This document shows positions 12,051 to 24,858 of a stretch of DNA of 64,000 nucleotides, piece after piece. The translations under genes were made by a program, and so were the position numbers. The notes beneath the pieces are model-generated. The model saw only the letters and a list, made by a program, of their open reading frames with translations, was not told where the DNA came from and made no database searches. The DNA comes from Heteronotia binoei (Eukaryota), in contig NC_083233.1 in assembly GCF_032191835.1 (NCBI RefSeq), positions 48,918,001 through 48,982,000 on the forward strand. Direction: 5' to 3'. Position 1 is the first letter of the stretch, and each line of letters opens with the position of its first letter.

Positions 12051-13338
12051 AGCCTCCCTTTCCCACTATGATCCCTTCCCCTGGGTATATGCAGCACCAG
12101 CAGGAAGGACTGGCAGGGGGATTGTTACAAGTGTCCAGTTCCACACATCCTCAAAACATGGAGCAAAAACTCCAGAAGAGCACAGAGGGAGGAACAGACA
12201 ACACCCCTGCTGAACTTCCAGCAAGGCTCCAAGTTTCCACAAGAACAGGAGGAAGGAAGAAGACATGCATTACGAAGCAACAACAGAGTGGGGAGGAACA
12301 GACTTTGGTTCACTCGAGCCAAAAACAAGATGGCTGGTCTCATCCAGCAGCTTGAAAGAGACACACACAGGAAGCCTCCCCCCCACCCCACAGTTTCACA
12401 GAACAATTGCTCAGGGACATCAAGACAGTGGTGACCATCAACACAAAGAATATGAGACACACTAATAGGAGCTTCACTTTGGGCTACTCCAACAAGACCC
12501 AAAGTTTCTTCTGCCTGCTGGGGCTCAAGACAAGAAAATGCTGGAGTGGTGGGAAGTAAGAGAGGGAGGGGTGGCGAGAGGCAGCCTGCTCCAGCTCTTT
12601 TCCCTCCCCAAACCAACTCCCTTTGTTGTGCAAAGCTGTGCTTGGTGGAAGAGGAAATGATACACATGACCACACATCCAGCACATATAAGAAGTGGTCA
12701 AACACATCCCGGAACAAGCACGCTTTGGCAGTGAGCGAGTGAAGAAGCAAAGTGCAGCCCAACCGGCTCTCCTCCCAGGACACAAAAAAGGCCCAATCAG
12801 AAGCTTAATGAGGCCCAAATGCCCAGACTCTCAAGAGCCATACCCCTCCCAACAGGTGTGCACTCAGCAGGCCCAGGTGAGCTCCGGCAAGAGCAGTGAA
12901 GCAGGTACAAATGCAGAGGAATGTCACACTTCTTGCTGGAGACCCTACACAGTGGGGAAAAAAACCCAAGACTGGTACACAGCCAGCCACCTCCTCTTAC
13001 AGCATGTGAGGGAGCAGGAACACTGCTACCCTCAGCAACCACAGACAGTGACATCCCTAAACCACCCCCCAGGGCAAGCATGTTGTATTCACTCAGGAAG
13101 TCCTTCCACATTGGAGCACCAGGAGTGTCAATACCACCTTCGATAACTGCATACCCAGGAGACTAGAGAAGCTGAGCTCACTGGAACTTTGACCATTTCT
13201 GCAGCACCCCCTGCTGGAGAAAGGAAGGGCATTCATGGAATCTGCTATCACCGGAGTTTTTGGTGAATGTGAAGGATAAGGCTTCTCCGTGATGGCATCT
13301 TCTGGTCAAACATAAATCTGGAGTGCAGCACCAGCCTA

Positions 13339-13872
13339 CTATTTCCCTGGGCCAGGAATGGCAGCCACAATCTCCTCATACTTGGGTGGTGGGTCACTGT
13401 AGGACAAGCTGGTCTCCTCACCACTGCTGTTCTCAGGATGCCCGGTCACTTCCTCGTATGAAGGCGGTGGGGTGGCGCTTGACAATCTCATCAGGGCAGA
13501 AGCAGAAGGCTCAGGGGGATGAAGGGTGCTCTCCGGATGGCTGGTAGACCCAAGGCCCCATCGGCCATTGCCAGCCCCTCTGCTGCCTGGGTCCCGCTGG
13601 CAATGGGCCTCACTTTGGCTGTGCGAAGCCTCTCGGTACACCATCACCCTGGGGAGGCTACGGCCCCCTCGGCTGGCCAAGTAGCGGTTCTGGGCATAAG
13701 AAGGACGGTGGCGCGTGGCTTTTTGGAGCTGGCACCTCCATATGATGAACAGGGCAATGACTATAAGCAGAGCAACACCCAATAGGGGCACTACAACGTA
13801 CATGGCATCTGAGCGGCCCGTGCCTTCTGTGGGATCCTTGACAGAGTAGGCGTAACCTTTCCAGAACTCCAT
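13339..13872 (-). CDS. PRRG3: PRRG3 last coding exon: end of Gla domain, transmembrane helix, cytoplasmic tail with two PPxY motifs
   Basis: Acceptor CAG at 13875-13873. MEFWKGY...AMYVVVPLLGVALLIVIALFIIWRCQLQKATRH...PPPSYEEV...DPPPKYEEIV matches the human PRRG3 sequence as I recall it; TAG at 13341-13339. Confidence 0.97.
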   Translation of the reverse strand: MEFWKGYAYSVKDPTEGTGRSDAMYVVVPLLGVALLIVIALFIIWRCQLQKATRHRPSYAQNRYLASRGGRSLPRVMVYREASHSQSEAHCQRDPGSRGAGNGRWGLGSTSHPESTLHPPEPSASALMRLSSATPPPSYEEVTGHPENSSGEETSLSYSDPPPKYEEIVAAIPGPGK

Positions 13873-14819
13873 CTGCATGGGGAAATAAAACAAATCCCTG
13901 ATCAGCAAAAACCATTCTGGCAACTTCCTGGGTATAGGGCAAAGTCAGTGGCCACTTTCAAGAGTAGTGTGAGAACAGAAGCTAAGGGTTCCTTCCTAGC
14001 CAGCAACAAGTAACCAGACAGGGAAGCAGTTGTCACTGTTTTATGATGTCAGCCACCTGAAGTTCAGGCCTGCAGCAGCACCTCAACCTCTTCTTCTTAC
14101 ATACACTACCTCAGCCAACCTGGGACACTGAAAGATGGCACAAAGATGAGAGAATTAAATAATCATAATAAACGAAGTCTTTATCCTCACAACCACATTG
14201 TTCACAAGGGTGGAATTTGTTCTCTGTGCTGCTTTTGTTTCCTGAATAAAGCCCCTGGGATGACCACAACCACTCAAGTATGCCACAGAACTGGAAATCA
14301 GCCTTGCATCTACCAAAGCCCAGACTGAGACCACCAAGTGCACCTCTCTTGCTCACCTGAGAATGTGACACAGGGAGAGCCATTTTGTTGTTGTTATTTT
14401 GCTTAAAGGCATGGAGTGGCTACGATTCCGACTAGAGCAATATTATCAGGTAAAGCAGCACAACTCTTTCTCTCATGATTACCATTTTCCTGATCCTATG
14501 CAGAGTTACATCTGTGTGATATAATGATCAGAGTGTCAGACTATGATGTAAGAGACTCCACTTTGAATCCCCACTCTGCCATGGAGGCTCAGCATAACAT
14601 AAGAACATAAGAGAAGCCATGCTGGATCAGGCCAATGGCCCATCCAGTCCAAATAGATAACACACTTTCAGCCTAACCTACAGGACTGCTCAAACTGCCT
14701 GTTCAAATTGCTGGCTTAAGCTGCCATGAAACTATTGGGTCATAGTCTTGACAACTTAGGAACCAGCTGATCAGACCATACTCATGAAATATCTGAGCAG
14801 ACCCAGGGTAATCATGATG

Positions 14820-15000
14820 CCATCTTAATGATGTTTTACTGGTTTTAATTGATGTAATCTTAGATCTTTAGCTATGGTTTAATGTACTTATATGTAGTTT
14901 GTTGTATTAATTTTTATGTTGTAGCCCACCCTGAGCCCACCTCAGTGGGAAGGGCAGGATAGAAACTGGATGATGATGATGAAAAAGAAGAAGAAGAAGA
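14820..15000 (+). mobile_element. L2 LINE 3' end with (GAT)n(GAA)n tail
   Basis: TGTAGCCCACCCTGAGCCC...GGGAAGGGCAGGATA matches the 3' end of the L2 at 4420-4470. Confidence 0.65.
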
Positions 15001-15307
15001 AATAAAGGAAAGAGAAACAATGGAAGGGTGAGGATTCAATGTAAGCCACTTTGGGTTGCTACTGTGAAGAAAGGAAATAAATTAATCCTAAACACATGGC
15101 CATAAATGGATGTATCTCAGCTTAGAATGACCATGCATTACCACCTGAAGATGTTATTCACCAAACAGCATAAAAAATACACTTGTGTGATGTCTTTTCT
15201 CCCCATTGCAATAGCAAAAGCAGCAGAAGGATGGATTTAGATCAGAGAAAAACTGGAGGCCCCTGCCACTGTTTCATGTAAAAAAATACCACCAGAAGAT
15301 CAGATCA

Positions 15308-15733
<426 letters not shown>

Positions 15734-16410
15734 TCAAGTTTGGCCCAGAGACAGCCAACTGAACCACTGAAGTCCTACATATCCACCTGTCCCAGATGTT
15801 CCCAGCTCAAGCTCAGTTTCTTTCTCTCTCTGCACTGTTCTCAGCTGGGGTTGCCAGGTCCCCTCTGCAACTAGGGGGAGACTTACCTTGATGGAGGTGC
15901 CTTCATCAACAATGCAATAATGTCACCAACAATGTACTGATATCACTCCCTATACGCCCCATGGTATTTTTCATTCTACTATGAAATTTTGCCCAAGGTA
16001 CCCACCCCCCATGATGTGCTGACATCACTTCTGGGCACACAGGGAGTTATGTCAGTGCATTGGGATACTATCAACGTATTTCCCAATTCCCCACCATTTC
16101 TCCCTCTGCTGGCCAGTTAAGTGGTGGCGAGAAGCACTCGCTAGCAGTGAGGGATCCCCTGCCACAGCGGAGGCTTATTAAGCCTATTCCCAGCTATTAC
16201 ACTAGGAGACCAATCCTAAACAGGTCACTCAGGTGTACTAAATGGGGCTTTCTTCCAGGGAAGTGTTCATAGGGTCACGAGGTAGACTACAATTTGGACA
16301 AGGAGGTCCCACCCTGAATAAACTTTTCCTGGTTTTGATAATACAGAACAAAATGCACTCTTATTGTTGTTGCACAGTATGACTGGTTTATTATATCAAA
16401 TAATCGGTAT

Positions 16411-17557
16411 CAGGGGTCTCCAATAGGTAGCTTGCAAGCACCCTGCAGCTCGCGATCACCTGAAGAAAATCTTGTTTAGCCCCTAGAAGACCCAAGAAAA
16501 TTATCACGGGACTCTCGAGAGAGAGAATTCCCTTGTGAGACGCAAAGATGTAAGAAGGCTATGTTGCAGAGTTTTATTCCATTTGTGAAGAAAATATTAT
16601 TTTAAAAACAGGCACATGGAAACTAAGTGATTCAAGGCAAAACATTAAGCACTAAACCACAAGGCTGTATTGAGATGATTGTTCTCTCTAATAATAAATC
16701 TCTGACAGGTAATCAGCCATCTGACTGAAAAATGGTCAAAAGTTTATGAAAATACCTTGTGAAAACCTTGTATCCCAGTCAAAAATTACTCAAATGTTAT
16801 CTCTTGTATGATTTTTACTTAATATCAGTCTAATCTCTATAGAAATAATTAAATAAAAAGAATCAGAATCATACAAAAAAGTTTGTATATGTCAATGAAA
16901 TTAGAAATTAAAAAACGTACATGTTATCCCTCCATATCCTCTCTACCTTAAATTGAAAAGACAAAATATAATTTCTAAGATTCTTACCAAAGCATTCTCA
17001 GAAAAGATAAAATAATCTCACCGCAAACCAAACCTGAGTGATTCAAGAGTATTAGGGTGTGGCTCCCTTATACAGGCCCAGTTAAATGAACCTCACATGA
17101 CTTTATTAAATCATCTAATTCATTTTCTCCCAAGGCATGATGTATGTCATCTCTGAGTGCAGAATGACACTTTCCCAAGTTTTTTTTTTTTTTCAAATTG
17201 TGTTCTGCTCATTCTAAATTTATTCTGGGCACGGAGCCATTTATTCACAAACTATCTTTCTCAAGGTTGGGACAATGAGAACAATGAGCAACACATGCAG
17301 ATTTAATAACTAAAAATCAAATTCTCAGGCCTACTGTGTTCAAGTCTCTATACCATTAAGGTCAAAATCCATAAGAGCTCAATCAACAGACCTGCCATGT
17401 CTCTCTGTACAAAGAGAACTAGAACCAGCCCAGCTTTAATTAGGGGGAGCAAATTTAATATTTATATTAAATTTCTACATCTTATATGTTTTAGTAGCTT
17501 GAGGTGTTTTTCATTACCCAGAAGTAGCTCTCACTTTAAATAATTTAGCAGCTCCTG
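16411..17557 (+). mobile_element. Old hAT (Charlie-like) element in a PRRG3 intron
   Basis: CAGGGGTCTCCAA...GCTCGCGA left end and GTAGCTCTC...TTAGCAGCTCCTG right end. AT-rich interior; only 5/8 match between putative TSDs. Confidence 0.45.
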
Positions 17558-17752
17558 TTCTATATCATTACACACATGTGTTGTATTTAGTTGGCCAATG
17601 GAGGACTTGTACATTTTTAATTTTCCAGCATTCTGTCTTGCAGGAACCACTGTCTCAAAAACCCAATCAACCTTACTGTCCTATCCACTGACCCTTCATA
17701 CCAGGAAGAGGAGAAAGCATAACCCAGTCTCTAAGAGCAGAGGATCACTTAC

Positions 17753-17759
17753 TTGCCAT
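17753..17759 (-). CDS. PRRG3: PRRG3 start-codon exon, coding part ATG GCA A (whole exon 17753-17797)
   Basis: CAACAG acceptor at 17800-17798; ATG 17759-17757; donor GTAAGT at 17752. Splicing gives [21 protein letters not shown]. Total CDS 7+161+534=702 nt, 233 aa. Confidence 0.88.
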
Positions 17760-18009
17760 GTTGAATCTTCATTCAGTTACTTGAATGTCTCGGCCATCTG
17801 TTGGGAAGAGATCAGATCAGTCACAAGAACCTGAACTGCCAAGCCCAATTACTACCCCCCCCCCCATTCCAGGAAGCATCTCAGAGTCAGGACTCCTGCA
17901 GCTACACATCTGCCAGCTCAGCTCCCTGCCCTCCTCAAGAAAATCAAGGCAATATCTAAGAAAATCCCAGAAGTCACTTCCAGTGACAATCCATCCCAAT
18001 GGTACTGAT

Positions 18010-18740
18010 TATTCATCTTGACCGTTTGGAAAGTTGGGTTGAAACAAAATTAAATTCAACAGAGACAAATTCAAAGTTCTTCAGTTAAGCAAAAAGAACA
18101 CATATTTACAGGATGGTGGATACCTGGCTTGGCACTAATTCATGAACAAAGGATCACAAAGCAAAGCATATGGCAGTATGGTGGTGCTGCTATAAAGCAG
18201 ATTACTGCAATTTTATTAATAGGAACATAGTAGCCAAACCATGGCAAAAGAACAGTTTCCCTCTACAACACATTGGGCAGAATTTGGCTGGGGCAACTGT
18301 GTCCAGTTCTGGGTGCTTCACTAGAGAAAATGGAACAGGTTCAGAAGACAGCAGTCTGGGGTCAGGGGGGAAAGTAGTATAAGGAAAGGTTGAAGGATCT
18401 GGATGTATTTAGCCTGGAGAAGAGAAGATGGAGAGGAGTTATAATCATGTTCTTCAAATATCTGAAGGGCTTTCATGGGGGAAATTTCTTGTTCTCCGCT
18501 GCTCCAGAGGCCAAGAATAGTTCCAACGGACTTCAGTTATAGGAAGATAGACTTTTGTTGAATGTCAGGAAAAACTTCCATACAGACCAGTTGAACGATG
18601 GAATCTGTTAGCTGAGGGTGAAGCTATTCCTCACCAACAGCAAACAGAGGATGGACAGCCATCTGTCAGAAATGTTGTAGATATTTCCTGCATGGAGCCA
18701 GGGGGGTTGGACTAGATGGCCTATGATCCCTTCCAACTAA
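18010..18740 (+). mobile_element. Decayed CR1 LINE 3' fragment
   Basis: CR1 ORF2 C-terminal remnants (AAATTCAACAGAGACAAAT, GTTTAGCCTGGAGAAGAGAAG) and a CR1-type 3' end near 18700-18740. Confidence 0.75.
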
Positions 18741-18814
18741 GAACATAAGAGAAGCCATGTTGGATCAGGCCAATGGCCCATCCAGTCCAACACTCTGTGT
18801 CACACAGTGGCCAA

Positions 18815-18825
18815 TATATGTGTGC

Positions 18826-18892
<67 letters not shown>

Positions 18893-18905
18893 CACACATA
18901 CATAC
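18815..18905. repeat. Compound microsatellite (TG)n(TA)n(CA)n next to an antisense CR1 3' end (18741-18814)
   Basis: Directly visible; (TA)n spans about 18841-18885. Confidence 0.95.
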
Positions 18906-19310
18906 ATTCATAAACACAACTCTAGATTTCAGTGCCTAACTTAGAAGGTTTTGTATTTGAGATGGCCAAAGAACTATGAGAACAGCCATGAATCTAATAC
19001 AGCAACCAATTCCATGCAGTGACACACCAGATGTTGTTACGCACCCCCCTACACACACACACATTCTGGGATTCAAGGTTACTGTCCCTGAATATGAAGG
19101 TTCAATCCAATCATCATGACTAATAACCATTGGTGGGTCTGTTCTCTATATATTTGTATCATCCCCTGTTAAAACCAACTAAAGTAGTGGCCATATCCTC
19201 ATTTCACAGCAGTGAATTCTACAAGCCAACCAGAGAAAAAATTCTCTCTATCCACTTTTCACCCTGGGCATAATTGTATATGTTTCTGTTACATCTCACC
19301 ATTAGTCATT

Positions 19311-20190
19311 GTCAGACTTGTTCACCTAGCAACTTCTTGTCTATTCAGAAATACTGGTTCAGGCTGAGGCCTTGTAAAACTCATGGGAACTTTTCTCTCT
19401 GAGAACCTGAGGTTAAGCTACTGTGGTTTCAAGGGAAGGAAGGTGAGAGGCTGACACAGGTGCCAGTCAGACCATTAAGCCTATGGTTTCCAGGCTGATG
19501 AATCTAAGAGGGAGTATGACCTACATATTCCATCTCATACCCATGGTTGGGGAAAGTGCTTGCTTGACTAGGCCCTATGCAGTTGCAGAGTATATGGACT
19601 CATTAAGGCAGCTTACCTGATTGGTTTGGTCACCTGGTTAGCAACTGATCGGTCAAGGTACATCATTTGCTATACGTCTGATTGGTCAACTAAAATAAAC
19701 TTGATCGGTCAACTAGTTTTGCCCTGTGACTGGATTACATCTAACCTTGGGATACCTCTAGATTCTGGGTGGGCCAGAGCCCATACTTTGGACTTGGAAA
19801 CTCAGTCTTGCCAGGTAACAGCTGAATTTAGAACCAATGCTTGTAAATGTGTTATGTTAGATATTTAGCTTTATTATTTTACCCTCACTGTTCACTGCTC
19901 AAATATTGTATATTCCTGCACATTTTTTTAGTAAACCAATTTAATTATATTTTGTGGTGTTCTTAGGTTTTGGGGTTTCAATCTGAATCCATATTGGCTA
20001 CCAGAATAACATTTTAAAAAAACAACAACTCAGCTTGTCCTCCCTGAAGGGCTAGCCTTTTGCTCTTAGACCCAAGAAGCTAGAGACTCAGTTGCTTGGT
20101 CTCTGGCAGGTGGGTTAGTTAAAGGGGCTGGTGATACCCCGAGATTCTGAGTCTTCACACCTCAGCATTTTGTGGTTTTGTCTTTGACCA
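19311..20190 (+). mobile_element. Candidate solo LTR inserted in a CR1 fragment
   Basis: Begins TGTCAGA, contains a four-unit TGAT(T/C)GGT array and AGTAAA, and separates two antisense CR1 pieces (19130-19310, 20200-20520). Right end and TSD not resolved. Confidence 0.4.
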
Positions 20191-21129
20191 AACTGTCACT
20201 TTTTATAAATCTTTAACCATTATCTATTCTCTAAACTAGAAAGCCCTCCGAACTCCTTAGTGTTTTCTAATAGGAAAGGTGCTCCACCCCCTTTGTCATT
20301 TTGGTTGCCTTTTTCTGCACCTTTTCTACCACTGCAATATCGGTTTTGAGATAAAGCAACCAGAACCATGCTCAGAATTGTAAATTCAACCACACTATAA
20401 ATCTTTATATCATCATCACAATACTGACCACCTTGTTTTCAATCTGTTTCTTAATAAGCCCTAGCACAAAATTTGCTCTTTTCCCTCCTGCCACACACTG
20501 AGTCAACAATTTAGGACAAAAAATATGAATGTCATCCTTAATCTTCCACATACATTTCCATTCAAATACACACAAATCTCTCAAAACTACCCTTTAAACT
20601 TCAGCAAGCTTTATGTTCCAAGGCATATATTGCTCTGTGTCCCCATTGGTTATATATAGAGAAGTTCTGCCTTTCAGTTTTGCCTAAGTCAATGGCAGAG
20701 GCAATTACCCAAAATGTGAAACCTCCAGCTTTTTCAGGCAGCCAAATCAGCACACAGAGGAGGAATGTCTCAGCATGACCGTAAACATGAGTAATATTTC
20801 ATGCTGTGAACAAAAAAAGGCAACTGACACCCACAAGTGATAGCAACGAAGGATGGAGCGGATTATTGCCAGAGGTACCCTTCACCCAAGACTGTAGATA
20901 TAACAAGGAAGTACTGATGTCACTAGCATAACCAGGGAGCTCCCAGGCACACAGGCTTTTGCATTCAGAGAGTGGGAAGCAGCACATCACAAAGCAGCCT
21001 TCTGAAAGACTGGTGTGAAGGGAGAACCTCGCGGATGTCAATGGGTTAATTCTCAAGGCTTCACAGGGCAAACAAGCTCCAGGAGTCCAACCCCAAATGC
21101 CTTCTCCTCCCCCGTGTTAAAGGAGCGTT

Positions 21130-22620
21130 TTCCTCTATAAATATACCATCCCCATCACTAGAGAGGTTGCCATGGCAACCGCGAGGAGGCGTGAGGGATG
21201 CAGCGATGGGGATGCTGCTGACGTCACGAGCTCCACATGCAGGAATGTGGTACCCAGCGGCCGCGGCAGGGCGGGCGGATGGACGGGCGAGCGAGAGATG
21301 GAGAGAGCGAGCAAGCAGGCAGGCGGGCGGGAAGCCTTCCTACGAGTCTGGAGCCGGAAAAAGCCCTTCCTTCGTCGCGTGGGATTCCCCACCCGGCTGG
21401 CAGCCGGGGTTCCCACACATCCTATCGCATTCGAGCAAGTTTTAGGAGCCTCCAAGCAACGATCGCGGAAGGAAGATTACAAACCCGGGGAGGGATATGC
21501 TTTCCCGCTTCCCAGCCGTTGCCTGGGGACAGGGGAGGCCGGGTTCAGAGCCATCCTTTGCTCTGCAGGAAGGCACGTCCCGTCCAGTTTCTTCCAATAC
21601 TAGTAACACCGCTTCGGTTACCCTGATGGCACAAGCACGTACGCTCGTTCCACCCCTCCCTCCGATGCCCCTCACCCTGGCTTCAGGTTTCCCATCCGCC
21701 GTCCACGTCCTCCGTCTCGGAGCTGGCCGCGTGAATCCCTCCTGGTCTGGCTGGATCGGTCAGGATCCGATCCGATCTTTTTCTCGCCTGCCCAGCCCTG
21801 TCCAGCCTACCTAGAGCAGTAGCAGCAGCCACCGTCTGCCTAGGGGGGCGGGGCAGAGCCGTGCGTTCTGACCAATCACACCCGCTGAGGGAGGGGGTAT
21901 AAATCAAGGCGTTCTACCTAAATCCATAACTACCGTAAGAAAACCGCGTCCACCAACTTGAGCTTTCATTCCCTACCCAATCACAACGCTTAATAAGTAC
22001 TAGAGGTGGGCCTTACGATTGTCCTGCCCAATCGAGTAACGGCAAAGGGGGCGCCTGGCTTTGTGGGGACTGTAGTCTGAAGCTGGCTTCAGCGTGAGTA
22101 GCAGGGGATCCTGAGGTGTGGGTAAGGTGCTATATAGGGGCCTAGGAGTGCAGTGCCCTTTAAGGCTTGGGCGGCTACCCTGAAATCAAACGGAGGAGTG
22201 CATCCGCGAGTGGTCCCGGGCTTTACTAAAAGTCCTGCACACCCTTGCCTAAATTATCTGCTGCAAATGCCAAGGCGAGAGGAGTGGCGGAGGCAGCCCG
22301 CCCTTGCCAACTTCCGTGCACGCAGCAGCTCCCGGCGGGGGGCCACTGGACGTGTTACGCGGAGCAAGTAAAACTCTTTCGTCGGGCGCGCGGGGGGGGG
22401 GGAGGGATGGGTTCAGCTGGACAGAGCGCCGCAGAGGGTGAGCGTTTCTGTCGCCTTCCTTCCCCGCGGCTGGTCTAAGGAAGGGAAAGCCGAAGCCCTT
22501 CGTAAGAGACAAGGACTGTGGACAAGGAGGGGCTGTCTGTCTGGCAAGCGAAGAGGCGTGTAGTGCTGCGTTGGCATCTGACTGCTTGCTGGAGAACAGA
22601 TTCCCAAAGGGAGCGGTGGC
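21130..22620. promoter_or_regulatory. CpG island: PRRG3 promoter region, probably bidirectional
   Basis: X-box 21166-21179, CRE 21219-21226, GC box 21845-21854, CCAAT at 21872, 21977 and 22028, TATAAA 21898, ACTACAnnnCCCA motif 22064-22076. Minus donor TAG|GTAGGC at 21811/21810; plus donors at 22094 and 22122. Confidence 0.82.
21811..21840 (-). other. PRRG3: Candidate PRRG3 non-coding first exon
   Basis: Strong donor at 21810 just downstream, on the minus strand, of the GC and CCAAT boxes. TSS inferred; alternative weaker donors near 21146 and 21252. Confidence 0.4.
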
Positions 22621-24564
22621 CGTTTAGTTATATATTTATATTGCCCAGGAGCACTTAGTGGATGTTGAAACTTGTTTTGCACTCAAACTTGTCAGCCAAT
22701 GAAGGCTGCAAAGCATCCTATATTCTGTCGGAAGGTAGACCCCTCAAATAATGAAGATGGGGCTTCCCTTGCCCCCATCCCCACCCCCACCCCATACCAA
22801 TGCATTTTTACACTTAGGAGATTGCCTCATACTGAGTCAGCCCATTGGTCTGTCAAAGTCAATATTATCTATTCTGGCCAGCAGCAAGCAGAGGGTTTTT
22901 AACAAATATCCTTTTAGCTAGATGTCCTGGAACTTGGACCTGGGGCTTATGAAGTCATGCATCTGACAAGTGAGCTCTGACTCACAGAAGCTTATGCCAC
23001 AATAAGCAAGTTAGCCTTCATGGTCCATTTGCAATTTAGCCAGATGTGGGGAACTCCAAAGAGTATTTTGGCTGGTTCTAGTTTTTTTAAAAAAATTACA
23101 CAATACAGTCTCTGGGTCCAGTAGTGCTAGAGGGAGGGAGTTGAAGGAGGGAAATTATGGTCTTTTGTATACGATGGAACAGTGTGATCTTGCAAGAGGG
23201 ATTAAGTTTAGAAAGGGTTTAAAAAATTTTTTAAAGGTTTTACTACCGTTGCTGTAAATCTCTTGTCCAACATAACTGTGTCCCCTGTTGTTCCCCACAG
23301 GCCAACACACCAGCGCAGCCAACAGTCTGATAATGCACCACTTCACTTATTAAATGAAGAGGTGCCATTCATAAAAACTATGTGTAGGATACGGAAAGGG
23401 GATAGAATACTTTTGTCTCCTCCTAGAACTTGGGCTCATGCAGTGAAACTGGTTGGCAGGATATTCAAGACAGATGGGGGTAGGGACACATTTGCCTAAT
23501 TTACATAATTGATTTATGGAATTCACTGCTGCAAAATGTGATGGCCATGGGACTAGAAAACTGAAAGATGGATCTAGTATTAGTGGTTAGCCCTGGTAAC
23601 TAAGTCTAAGTGGAACCTCCAGGTCTAGTGGCAGTATGCTGCTGAACATCCGTTGCTGGAGGCACTGATGGAGGAAGACTGGCCTTCATTCCCTACTGCC
23701 AGTTTCCCAGAAGTACTTGGAAAACAGGAGGCTGGGCAAAGTAGATCTTTAGACATTCAATAGAGCTCTCAATCCTTTTATTAGCTCATTTGACCAAAGG
23801 TCTTAAGCCAGAATTTCAACAATTAGCATAAATATTTAGCAAATATACAGCACTAGTTGTCATAGGACTGTAAAGTATCAAAATCAGAAACAACATTCCA
23901 CCAACACAGCTCTTAATTTTTGACCAGATAGGTACGTGTATATGGTTTGATGACTGGGGAGTGAGTTAGAAACATACACAATGCCCAATATGCAATGGTT
24001 CTCAAATGAACAAAATATTTACCTTCTGGTCTGCCCCTTAATCTTCAGGTTCTGCTTTACTAGCAGGCATTTGTCTTTAGTTGGCACTCCTTCAAAATTA
24101 CCAGGCCACACCTTGTGATTCTTGGGATGCTGGAGACCAGGCTATTCTAACACCTGCACATTGAAAAGCAGAGGCTAGGAGAGCCCTCCAACAAATACTT
24201 GGGGAGTTTTAAGCTTTTGTGTATCGGATCCCACTTTATCAGATGCATGCAGTGGATCCTCAAGAGGTAGATATTTATAAATGAGGTTGTGAAGAAAAGA
24301 ATGTATAAACACCAGGATCAAATGGTTGTGACACTTGGGAAGAACAAGCGGAAATATAATTACATGAAACACATGTAATGAGGGGGGAGTACAGACAATG
24401 TCCATCAGCAGCTGCTTACCAATAACTATGGCCCCCCTAATAGAGACACAAACCTTGTGGCCAAACCCAGATGCCAACTCTGTTCCCATATCCACTCAAG
24501 CAATATTATTACTGGACCTAATATCATCAGCAATACCATTCTGGGCTCTATACATGATCATCCA

Positions 24565-24858
24565 GTTTGGTGTAGTGGTTAAGTGTGCCGGTTTGGTGTA
24601 GTGGTTAAGTGTGCGGACTCTTATCTGGGAGAACCGGGTTTGATTCCCCACTCCTCCACTTGCACCTGCTAGCATGGCCTTGGGTCAGCCATAGCTCTGG
24701 CAGAGGTTGTCCTTGAAAGGTCAGCTGCTGTGAGAGCCCTCTCAGCCCCACCCACCTCACAGGGTGACTGTTGTGGGGGAGGAAGGTAAAGGAGATTGTG
24801 AGCCGCTCTGAGACTCTTCAGAGTGGAGGGCGGGATATAAATCCAATATCTTCTTCTT
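24565..24858 (+). mobile_element. Young Squam3-like SINE with a duplicated 5' head
   Basis: Nearly identical to 30356-30631; the first 24 nt are repeated at 24565-24588 and 24591-24614. Confidence 0.9.

Noticed and set aside
12017-13166. Cluster of overlapping 80-180 aa ORFs on both strands
   Set aside because: No recognisable domain or consistent splice phases; lies in the probable PRRG3 3' UTR.
13873-13923. N-terminal extension MPEWFLLIRDLFYFPMQ of the PRRG3 ORF, and the extensions on ORFs 15305-15730 and 28761-29078
   Set aside because: Intronic read-through past the splice sites.
18721-18939. ORFs with YIYIYI repeats
   Set aside because: Translation of a (TA)n microsatellite.
21135-21814. 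Several 90-143 aa overlapping ORFs
   Set aside because: Stop-poor CpG-island sequence with no homology I recognise.
24565-24660. tRNA-like A and B boxes here and at 2935, 30361, 55200-55255 and 59360 as tRNA genes
   Set aside because: They continue into SINE bodies and tails and lack a complete cloverleaf.
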